DNA from: Lentisphaeria bacterium UBA2565
GTDB lineage: Bacteria > Verrucomicrobiota > Lentisphaeria > UBA2565
Direction of reading: 5' to 3'
Length of the DNA stretch: 45,086 bases
Assembly: GCA_002340265.1 (NCBI GenBank)
Contig: DDLT01000280.1
Span: 1 to 45,086, forward strand
The number at the start of each line of letters is the position of its first letter. Positions within the stretch are counted from its first letter, which is position 1. The translations under genes and the position numbers were made by a program. The notes under the pieces were generated by a model. That model saw only the letters and a list, made by a program, of their open reading frames with translations. It had not been told where the DNA came from and did not search any database. Positions 1-7,485 of this stretch are shown here, one piece after another.

Positions 1-501
1 AGCCATTAAGACGTTGATTGTTGCTTCGGTATCAGCTGTTGCGCCGTGAGCGTCAGTATGTTCTTTGTCGCAGTAGAACTTCAGAGCCGCACTAAGCGTT
101 CTCGGTTCTTTTTTGAAGAAAATTTTCTGGGCGTCAATCAGTTTACGGTTATCAAAGTTAACCTCGTAACCGACACGTGCTAACTCTTTGGAAAGCATTG
201 GCACGTCAAAGCCGGTGATATTGAACCCACCGAAATCGCATTCTGAAATGAAGAACATGATTTCAGTCGCTTTTTCTTCAAGTGTCGGTGCATCTTTTAC
301 GTCATCATTGGTGATTCCATGAATTTCTGCGACTTCAGGAGAGATTTTGATTTCAGGGTTTACAATGGAAGATATGGCACTTCTGCTTCCGTCAGGATTG
401 ATTTTAATAAAGCTGTATTCAACAATTCGGTCATTTTGAATACTCGTTCCGGTTGTTTCCAAATCGAAAAAAACCACAGGTCGTTTTAGTTTTAAACGCA
501 T
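1..501 (-). CDS. 3'-5' exonuclease, DEDDh/DnaQ-like family (C-terminus runs off the window start)
   Basis: Not in ORF track; translated by hand from ATG at 501: MRLKLKRPVVFFDLETTG (ExoI)...EIHGITNDDVKDAP...GGFNITGFDVPML (ExoII)...DAHGATADTEAT (ExoIII HxAxxD). Open to base 1. Confidence 0.92.
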   Translation of the reverse strand, partial: MRLKLKRPVVFFDLETTGTSIQNDRIVEYSFIKINPDGSRSAISSIVNPEIKISPEVAEIHGITNDDVKDAPTLEEKATEIMFFISECDFGGFNITGFDVPMLSKELARVGYEVNFDNRKLIDAQKIFFKKEPRTLSAALKFYCDKEHTDAHGATADTEATINVLMA

Positions 502-683
502 TATATCTTCTCGTTACCGTAATTTACGGATTTAGTAAATTGTTGTTTTGTGAGCCAATTGTCTGTAAGTGACTAACAGACAGTTTGTTAGTTTGTTACT
601 TGATGTTCGCTTGTTAGCCCTTTTTTTTCCAAGTGGATAATTTATCGAGAATTTCTGAATTTTAAACCTTTTACAAGAAAGAT

Positions 684-1571
684 TTATGATGATTTTAAGC
701 GGTTGTTTTTTTGGCGGTAAAATGCTTCAAACGTACAGATGCTTAAACCGGTCCAGATTAAAGAAAATGTCACAATTTTATTAAAGCCGAATGGCTCGTT
801 GTAAATCAGCACACCGATTAGCAGCGAGAGAATTGGCGCCATGTATTGCAGCAATCCCGTGACTTTCAAACCGCAAACTCTCGCTCCGTGGGCATAGAAG
901 ATCATCGGTAATACGGTGATTAAACCTCCGCAGGCAAAAAGCATATGCGTTGTATGGGGAAAGCTGAAGTGATTTGTTGAACTACTTGCAACCCAAATCA
1001 GAGTGATGATTGAAAGAATTACTACATCAATCGTCATCGACGGTAGCGGCTTTAAGTGTGACATTTTCTTTGAAAGTGCAAAAAGAGAAAATACCGCTGC
1101 AACTGCTAACGCGTTCAGTGGAACAGTGCCTAATGTTACAGATTGATAGATTATGGCTGATAGGCAACAGAGCAGGGCGGTTATTTGTCCGCGTGTACAG
1201 TGTTCTTTGTAAATAATTCTTCCGAAGAGAATCACCAGAAGCGGTGACATGAAGTGTCCTAGACTCAGTTCGACTATTTTATCGATGTTAATCAACCAGA
1301 TAAAAATCAGCCAGTTCCCGGCAAGTAGTGCTGAATTGATTAAAATGAATAGAATATCTTTGGGACTTCTTACCGCACTTTTCAACTCATTCCAGCGTTT
1401 TTGTCCGCACATTAGGAGAATACAGAAAAAAGCACCCCAGATAATTCTGTGAACAAGAATTGTATTGAGGTTTATCTCAGAAAGGAATTTCCAGAAAATT
1501 GCCTGAGAGCCCCAAATCAAGTTGGCAATTATCAGCGTGATAAAGGCGTTGCGGTAAGATTTGTCGATCAT
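684..1571 (-). CDS. rarD: EamA/DMT-family transporter RarD
   Basis: About 10 hydrophobic segments; RarD-type motifs LIWG...FWK, ILVHRIIW, LLAGNWLIFIW, ELSLGHFMSPL, GLLQYMAP. Confidence 0.85.
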   Translation of the reverse strand: MIDKSYRNAFITLIIANLIWGSQAIFWKFLSEINLNTILVHRIIWGAFFCILLMCGQKRWNELKSAVRSPKDILFILINSALLAGNWLIFIWLINIDKIVELSLGHFMSPLLVILFGRIIYKEHCTRGQITALLCCLSAIIYQSVTLGTVPLNALAVAAVFSLFALSKKMSHLKPLPSMTIDVVILSIITLIWVASSSTNHFSFPHTTHMLFACGGLITVLPMIFYAHGARVCGLKVTGLLQYMAPILSLLIGVLIYNEPFGFNKIVTFSLIWTGLSICTFEAFYRQKNNRLKSS

Positions 1572-2054
1572 TTACAGAAGCTGTTTTAGAATATTGCAGA
1601 CCGAATCTTTGTGCGTAATCAGTACAGATTTGATTTTTTTACCTTTCAAACCAAGCGTTTGAGCAAGTTTGTCCGAGTCTACATCAACTTTGATAAACAT
1701 CACACGTTGCCCATGCGATTTTTCAACAAACTCAAGTTGTCGGTAAAAGCGGTCAGAACCGTCATTTGAGACAATTAGAAGGCGGCTGATTCGGTTTGGA
1801 ATAGTACCCATTTTTTCTAAACCATGTAGCTCTTTTGCAAGAGTTTGCTCAATGCTTTCAAAACCGAATACAGCATGTTTGGTTTTTCCTGCATAAAAAA
1901 TGTGGCTGCGTACCTTTTGAGTCAGTTCTATGCAAGGAATCTTTGTTTCTGAACCTTCTGAAACTGGTTGAAGTGAGTTTTCCAGAATTGAACAAATTTG
2001 CTCGTCAACTTTTTGTTTGACTAAATCTTTCGGTAGTTTGATGTCGTAAGTCAT
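1572..2054 (-). CDS. Hypothetical protein, probable L7Ae/L30e/Gadd45-like fold
   Basis: 160 aa ORF whose stop abuts the rarD ATG (TAAATG). Pattern FGFESIEQTL...LLIVSNDGS...DSDKLAQTLG...KSVLI resembles the L7Ae family. Gene is likely; fold call is tentative. Confidence 0.65.
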   Translation of the reverse strand: MTYDIKLPKDLVKQKVDEQICSILENSLQPVSEGSETKIPCIELTQKVRSHIFYAGKTKHAVFGFESIEQTLAKELHGLEKMGTIPNRISRLLIVSNDGSDRFYRQLEFVEKSHGQRVMFIKVDVDSDKLAQTLGLKGKKIKSVLITHKDSVCNILKQLL

Positions 2055-2152
2055 TTTATGAATCTTTTTTCAAATTTAGTAAATAGAATTTTTCTGCGGA
2101 ATGATAGTCCGAATGGGAGAATAAACAATAGGAGTTTTGATAAAAGGCTTTT

Positions 2153-2176
2153 TAGGGAGTAGGGGATTGGGAGTAG
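2153..2176. repeat. Short degenerate heptamer tandem repeat
   Basis: TAGGGAG TAGGGGA TTGGGAG TAG read directly. Confidence 0.5.
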
Positions 2177-2202
2177 TAGAGCCATGTGCTCGAAGCCTTA
2201 AT

Positions 2203-2277
2203 AAAAAAAGACTGGAGCAAAAGTGGTAATTTCCCCCTCGAGGAAGGAACGTGGCGTACGCCTCACTTTGTCCAGTC
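2203..2277 (-). ncRNA. Putative structured cis-regulatory RNA / branched intrinsic terminator
   Basis: Minus strand: GACUGGACAAAGUG pairs with CACUUUUGCUCCAGUC, enclosing hairpins GGCGUACGCC and UUCCUUCC-UCGA-GGGGGAA, followed by U7. Confidence 0.55.
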
Positions 2278-2306
2278 CGTTAAACTATTAGATAAGGTAA
2301 TCAAAC

Positions 2307-3002
2307 TTAGTCGTCATTTCCACCCAAAATTCCACTTCTGATCAAATAATACAAAAGTGTCATTAACATACTGACGGCGGAAGCCACATAAGTTAGAAAT
2401 GCGGCATTCAAAACCTTACCCGCACTCTCGCTTTCTCGTTCGCTGACAATACCCGCATTGACCATTGCAACTTTTGCTCTTGAACTGGCATCCCATTCGA
2501 CAGGAAGTGTCACAATGGAGAAGATTACAGCAAACGCAAAAAGTGCACAACCAATCAAAATCAACGGTTTATTCATACTTAGAATAAAACCGAAAAGAAT
2601 GAATGGCATCGCAAGGTTGCTCGTAATGTTGACCGCTGGGACCATTGCTGAGCGAAAAGTCAGAAAACCGTAATTTTCGGCATGCTGGATTGCGTGTCCG
2701 GCCTCGTGACAAGCCACGCCGATTGCAGAAAGAGATTGGCTTGAATAAACAGCTTCAGAAAGGCGAAGAGTTCGTGATGTCGGGTCATAATGGTCGCTAA
2801 GAAAACCGTTTGTTGGCTGGATGTTGACATTGTCAATACCTTTTGCCATCAGCATCTTTGCCGCAGCTTCTGCTCCAGTTAAGCCGCTGGATGCTGCAAC
2901 TTTCGAAAAGTGTTTAAAAGTTGTTTTAGTTTTAAAACTTGCATACGCAGCAAGTAAAAGCCCGGGTAGGGCGAATAATAAATAGACTGGATCGAAAAAC
3001 AT
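2307..3002 (-). CDS. Membrane zinc metallopeptidase, YugP/Zn_peptidase_2 family
   Basis: LSDHYDP, HEAGHAIQH (HExxH), VTLPVEWDASSRA, VLNAAFLTYVA; AGGAG RBS upstream. Confidence 0.92.
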   Translation of the reverse strand: MFFDPVYLLFALPGLLLAAYASFKTKTTFKHFSKVAASSGLTGAEAAAKMLMAKGIDNVNIQPTNGFLSDHYDPTSRTLRLSEAVYSSQSLSAIGVACHEAGHAIQHAENYGFLTFRSAMVPAVNITSNLAMPFILFGFILSMNKPLILIGCALFAFAVIFSIVTLPVEWDASSRAKVAMVNAGIVSERESESAGKVLNAAFLTYVASAVSMLMTLLYYLIRSGILGGNDD

Positions 3003-3052
3003 ATTATCTCCTTTTGTTTTCCATATATACGATCAATGTTCGGGAAATCTTA

Positions 3053-3439
3053 TTAGAGTGAAAGATCACCGTGAATTTTTACATGATTTTTATCAAAGTC
3101 CGCTCTAAGATCGCCACCAAATGTTTCCGGTAGTTCGCTTTGCAGAAATTCTAGTGCTTCAAAAAGCAGCTGTTTTTTGAATTCTTCTGGAACTCTTGCT
3201 AATGTGGACATATGAAGATCAAGAACGTAGCCTTCACCAAGTTCTGAACCATGACCAAGTGTAAATTTTGCGGTGATATTGAAAAGTCCGTCGTGGGCTT
3301 TATTCGCAGTTTTTCCACGTTTTTGACGAACCGGATGCAATGGGAACTTTTTCCCATATTTATCCTCAAAAAGATCATCCATTTCATCTAGAATCAATTT
3401 TAACTTTTTTTCCCACTTTATAAGAGCAGCTGAACGCAT
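3053..3439 (-). CDS. Hypothetical protein
   Basis: ORF track 3053..3451; ATG at 3439 preferred because it follows GAGG. Motif-like stretches FPLHPVR, DGLF, FTLGHGSELGEGY, KIHGDLSL. Confidence 0.75.
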   Translation of the reverse strand: MRSAALIKWEKKLKLILDEMDDLFEDKYGKKFPLHPVRQKRGKTANKAHDGLFNITAKFTLGHGSELGEGYVLDLHMSTLARVPEEFKKQLLFEALEFLQSELPETFGGDLRADFDKNHVKIHGDLSL

Positions 3440-3473
3440 GTTAAACCTCAATAATTATTTGTGATTGAGCCTT

Positions 3474-3501
3474 AGTTTAATCGATTAAGCCGACAGGTCA
3501 A
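3474..3501 (-). promoter_or_regulatory. Putative sigma70 promoter
   Basis: Minus strand TTGACC-N16-TAAACT, between the upstream terminator and the ATG at 3439. Confidence 0.4.
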
Positions 3502-3518
3502 GTTGAAAGGATTAAAAG

Positions 3519-3551
3519 AAAAAATGCTTTGAGATTTATGTCTCAAAGCAT
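3519..3551 (-). terminator. Intrinsic terminator of the HD/kinase/SpoIIAA-like operon
   Basis: Perfect 11-bp stem ATGCTTTGAGA/TCTCAAAGCAT followed by a T-run on the minus strand. Confidence 0.8.
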
Positions 3552-3556
3552 CCGTG

Positions 3557-3922
3557 TTAATTCGAGATTATCCAGTTTTCTGCTTCATGTAAATCGTCAT
3601 ATTCAAAGTGCTTTATTTCAGCTTTGATGAAATGGCTGGCAATGTTTTCTGCAAAGTCTCCCAATTTCGAATCGGTGACGATTGCAACTCTTCTCAGATG
3701 TTTGTGATGGTCTTTGACAAATTTCAGATGAGCTATCATACCGGAAAATGAGTTCCATCCGGGAAATGTTTCGGTATAAATTATAATTCCATTCAGGTTG
3801 CCGTGTTCAGCTATAAACGGATCGATCTTGATTGCCGCATTTTCAAAGTCCTCTTTGGTTAATTGCCCATCAGGAGTTAAAAGCACGGTTTTTAGCTGTT
3901 TGTTGATTTCTACACTTAACAT
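3557..3922 (-). CDS. SpoIIAA-like (STAS/SEC14) domain protein
   Basis: GQLTKEDF, FPGW, HLKFVKDHHKHLRRVAIVTD, EIKHF, AENWI match the SpoIIAA-like family. Confidence 0.85.
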   Translation of the reverse strand: MLSVEINKQLKTVLLTPDGQLTKEDFENAAIKIDPFIAEHGNLNGIIIYTETFPGWNSFSGMIAHLKFVKDHHKHLRRVAIVTDSKLGDFAENIASHFIKAEIKHFEYDDLHEAENWIISN

Positions 3923-3931
3923 TATTCTCTC

Positions 3932-5131
3932 CTATTTCTTACATTTTGAAATCGGTGCAATTTTCATTTTGTCATTTTTAACAAAGTAGGTACAAAAATC
4001 TGCGAAATCTTCTTCAAAGAAAAACAGTGGAATGTCGCTGTTGCTGATTAAGTTCATCACAAATGAGCGGAGTAGGTTGACGCCAAGATGATGCTCGAAG
4101 AATTTCAGATCAATGGTGAAGGCATCAATGCTATGCTTTTGAATTGATGCCAGTTCGTTTAGAACCGATTCTCTCGGTGCGTTTGTTAACTGATAGATAA
4201 TAACACCGGGGAAGTATTCTTCCGCCAAGCTGAGCAGTTCTAATTTTTCTACTTGCGAAAGATAGAATGAAGAGAGCGGACAGTCATTGATAATAATGCG
4301 TTCAATTCCTTCGCTGTGCATCTCTGTTAGTTGTTTAACAAAGTTTTCAAGATCGGCTTTATCGTTATCAATCGTGACCGTTGTAGCGTATACATCCCCA
4401 TCAAGTATAACTTCTTTGTAGTCTTTAAGAACTTCTTTATGAAACTGGTATATTTCTTCACTAACTGCTTCGATTGACATATAGTAGTTTTCGTCTGAAA
4501 AAATGTGAATGTCGGCAGAATCTTTACCTTCGGCACCAAAACGCTGAAAGTCTTTTAAGTTGCTGTGCAGGAATGTTTGAATTGCTTTGCTTTTATCAAA
4601 GTCATTGTCGTTAATATCACGGCCTATTCGGCTATTCAACTGCGTCTTCCAGTCGGAATCAATGAAAATAGAAAGATCGATGAAGTCGGAAAATTGTGAA
4701 TCTATTGAAAGTTCACCTTCAAAAATAGTGATTTTAGACGGTTTGAATTTATGACTTTTTTTAACAGTTCCTTTAACTTTGTCGTAAACAGGCTGTTCGA
4801 ACTTTTGATCATCTTTGATTGCTTCTAGGTGATTTTTAGCAAGTTCTAAGTTGTTTGAGTCTGGGTGAGAACCGAGTTGCCCTTGTTCTCTTTCGGTACG
4901 AGGAAGGCGATAATTATCTAATTCGAGGATTTGAGTTTTTACATCAGAAGAGAGTTTTTTCTTCAACTTTTGAGCATAGGTTGACTTGCCGCAACCACCA
5001 GGTCCGGCAATAGAAATTATGATATTATTCTCGGTTTCTTTAGCTGTCGCTACTATAATTTCTTTAAGCACAACAATTGCGGGGGCAGAGTTGCGACTGG
5101 TCGTGATGTGCTTCTTGTAGGTATTTTTCAT
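3932..5131 (-). CDS. Uridine kinase/phosphoribulokinase-family P-loop kinase fused to a degenerate DHDPS-like domain
   Basis: Walker A GPGGCGKST, LDNY, HPDS, PVYD, Walker B IFEG, DLSIFID..RIGRD; the C-terminal ~160 aa follow the DapA secondary-structure pattern. Confidence 0.75.
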   Translation of the reverse strand: MKNTYKKHITTSRNSAPAIVVLKEIIVATAKETENNIIISIAGPGGCGKSTYAQKLKKKLSSDVKTQILELDNYRLPRTEREQGQLGSHPDSNNLELAKNHLEAIKDDQKFEQPVYDKVKGTVKKSHKFKPSKITIFEGELSIDSQFSDFIDLSIFIDSDWKTQLNSRIGRDINDNDFDKSKAIQTFLHSNLKDFQRFGAEGKDSADIHIFSDENYYMSIEAVSEEIYQFHKEVLKDYKEVILDGDVYATTVTIDNDKADLENFVKQLTEMHSEGIERIIINDCPLSSFYLSQVEKLELLSLAEEYFPGVIIYQLTNAPRESVLNELASIQKHSIDAFTIDLKFFEHHLGVNLLRSFVMNLISNSDIPLFFFEEDFADFCTYFVKNDKMKIAPISKCKK

Positions 5132-5150
5132 GAAACCCTCTCAAAATAAA

Positions 5151-5795
5151 TTATCCATAGACCTCTTTGTTAAGCTGGTCAAAAAAGTTCAGCATATAAA
5201 TATGCCTCTCTTCTCCGATTTGTCTTCCTGTTTTTGTTAAAAGTTTTTCGTGTATCTTATGCAGTTTTACCAAGAACTCTCGATATGCAGAGTCATTTTC
5301 TGAATAAGAGTCTGAGTTGATAGCGTCTTCTCTAGTGTTGTGAACACGTGCTGAAAAACGACCGGCAAAGTGAAATGCACGACCAACTCCGATTGCACCG
5401 ATTGAATCCAGTTTATCTGCATCAAAGATGATTTTTGCTTCGATTGTCTGCGGTACATGATTGTTTCTATAGCGATGACATAGGACGCATTCTGAAACAT
5501 GGTTGATGAAATTCGGGTCAGTAAAACCGAAGCTTGGCAGTACGCTTCTGACAAGTTTTGCTCCCGTGGAGGCATGACAAAGTTTTCCTTTGCTTTCCAT
5601 CTCTTCCGGCCTGGCGTAGTCATGCATTAATGCGGCCACTTCGATGATCTCGCGATTTCCGCCTTCGGTTTCGTGAAGTTTTAACGCATTATGCAGTACA
5701 CGCTCGGTATGATCCCAGTCGTGGCACTTCGGTGCGGTTGCAAAGTGTTCTTTAATGTGTTCGCAAAGGTGTTCAATATTTTCTCTATAACTCAT
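5151..5795 (-). CDS. HD-domain metal-dependent phosphohydrolase (YedJ/YpgQ-like)
   Basis: HDWDHTERV, ALMHD, HASTGA, CHRYR, FDADKLDSIGAIGVGRAF. ATG 5795 preferred (AGGA upstream); ORF track start is 5858. Confidence 0.88.
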   Translation of the reverse strand: MSYRENIEHLCEHIKEHFATAPKCHDWDHTERVLHNALKLHETEGGNREIIEVAALMHDYARPEEMESKGKLCHASTGAKLVRSVLPSFGFTDPNFINHVSECVLCHRYRNNHVPQTIEAKIIFDADKLDSIGAIGVGRAFHFAGRFSARVHNTREDAINSDSYSENDSAYREFLVKLHKIHEKLLTKTGRQIGEERHIYMLNFFDQLNKEVYG

Positions 5796-5907
5796 TAGTT
5801 GTAGTCCTGTTAATGTTTTTATTCTTGTTAAAATAGTGGGATTCGGTTGCAAATCCATCTATAAGATTTATTTCTCAACTGTAAATTTAACAATTTGGAC
5901 AATTTTT

Positions 5908-6204
5908 ATGAAAAGTTTTGATTATTACGAATCGGTTCCGGCGCTTAAAGTTGATGGTGTTTTGATAAACGGCTGGCGTGGTACTGAGAATGCTAATGCA
6001 TTTCTACTTTGGAAACAGGGGGAGAAAAAACCTGTTGATCAATTGGTTGATGATGAATTTAAGTTTGATGATGAATTGATAAAATCATACAGACTGGAGA
6101 AGAAAAGCTTTCGAATCTTTGCTTTGAATCCGTCTGGCAAAGGGCGAATTTATGCCACTTGTACTGTTAAAAATGGAAAATGGGTATCAACGACTCTTAA
6201 TTGA
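5908..6204 (+). CDS. Small hypothetical protein
   Basis: Fills the gap between the HD gene and tilS; ATG at 5908 gives a natural-looking 98 aa protein; overlaps the tilS 3' end by 18 bp. Confidence 0.6.
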   Translation: MKSFDYYESVPALKVDGVLINGWRGTENANAFLLWKQGEKKPVDQLVDDEFKFDDELIKSYRLEKKSFRIFALNPSGKGRIYATCTVKNGKWVSTTLN

Positions 6205-7485
6205 TAGTTTCAGGATTCGTTTAGTTGAGTCAGAAACTGTGGCAATGTTTGAACGTGTTAAACATGCAATCCAGATTATTTTTTCAGCTGATTCAATGAT
6301 TGCGGTAGATTGACGTTCACTTTTGGGAACTTTTTGATCAGAGAATAGCTTCTTGACTTTTTTGGTGAATCCCGAAAAGGTCTTGATTTTATCTCCGGGT
6401 TCAAACGTTCGAACTTTTAAAGGAACTGATAGTTTGTCCAAATCAAAAAACTGTGTAGTTTGGTTTGCCTTTCCCATTTTATTCACAACCTCTGCATGAA
6501 CTGTTTGTTCTCTAAAGCTTAGAACTTTTTCTTTTAGAGGATTCCATAAAATAGTTTGTGAATTTTGTAGTTCAGTTGCAAGTTTCACTCCTTGATTGGA
6601 TACAATTAACGTGAGATTATCCCTTAAAGGAACTTGCTTCTCTTTGTGAGTGGCTGAATTCAGCTCGTTGATTAAACGATCCACCGTTGCAGCTGTGGGG
6701 ACAAAATATGATTCATTTTCAGACTGAATGAAACTTGTCAAAACTCTTGCCATTAGTACCTTTGGTACTTTCAGCCAGGCTTCTAACGAATCCATTTCTT
6801 TGATCTTGGTAAAATAAGTTTCGCTAAGTTGATCCAAAAAGTTCGCTTCTTCCGTTAACACTTTGATACTGTTTTCCAAACTGTGGGTGCCACCGGAGAT
6901 TTCTTTGTAAAGAGGAATCAGTTGGTTTCTAATTTTATTCCTTCGATAATCATTCTTCTGATTTGATTTGTCTTCGCACCATTCTGTAACACCGTTTTCT
7001 TTTAGAAATTGAATCAGTTCATTCTTGCTTTTATTCAAAAGCGGACGCCAGAATGTCAGTTTCTCTACTTCAGTTAAAGGTTTTAAACCTGTCAGGCCGC
7101 GTAGACCGGAACCTCGCATTAGTCGAATGAAGAAGTTTTCGTTAATATCATCTTTATGGTGGGCGAGGGCGATGACTGAGTTTTGGCTTGAAAGCGTTTT
7201 CCAGCTTTGCAGGCGAAGGCGACGTGCGGCTTCTTCAATTGCTTCGTTACTGTTCTTTTGATTTAATACATCGAGTTTGAACGATTCGAAATTAATATTT
7301 CTATTTTTACAGAAATTACTGCACCAGCTTTCCTCTTTATCGGACTCTTTACGAATCTGGTGATTGAAGTGAATAGCTTTAATTTTTTGCGGATAATGTT
7401 GATTCAAGTAGAGCAGAAGTGCTGTGCTGTCGGCACCACCGCTAAAACCCACTAGAATTTCAGATGCTTCGTTCTGGTCTAACAT
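6187..7485 (-). CDS. tilS: tRNA(Ile)-lysidine synthetase
   Basis: PP-loop SGGADS, HFNHQIR, EEAARRLR, LAHHKDD, RGSGLRGL, RPLL, EDKSN, RNKIR, and a C-terminal TilS_C domain. Confidence 0.96.
   Translation of the reverse strand: MLDQNEASEILVGFSGGADSTALLLYLNQHYPQKIKAIHFNHQIRKESDKEESWCSNFCKNRNINFESFKLDVLNQKNSNEAIEEAARRLRLQSWKTLSSQNSVIALAHHKDDINENFFIRLMRGSGLRGLTGLKPLTEVEKLTFWRPLLNKSKNELIQFLKENGVTEWCEDKSNQKNDYRRNKIRNQLIPLYKEISGGTHSLENSIKVLTEEANFLDQLSETYFTKIKEMDSLEAWLKVPKVLMARVLTSFIQSENESYFVPTAATVDRLINELNSATHKEKQVPLRDNLTLIVSNQGVKLATELQNSQTILWNPLKEKVLSFREQTVHAEVVNKMGKANQTTQFFDLDKLSVPLKVRTFEPGDKIKTFSGFTKKVKKLFSDQKVPKSERQSTAIIESAEKIIWIACLTRSNIATVSDSTKRILKLSIKSR

Noticed and set aside
2153-2176. G-quadruplex
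   Set aside because: Only three runs of three or more G.
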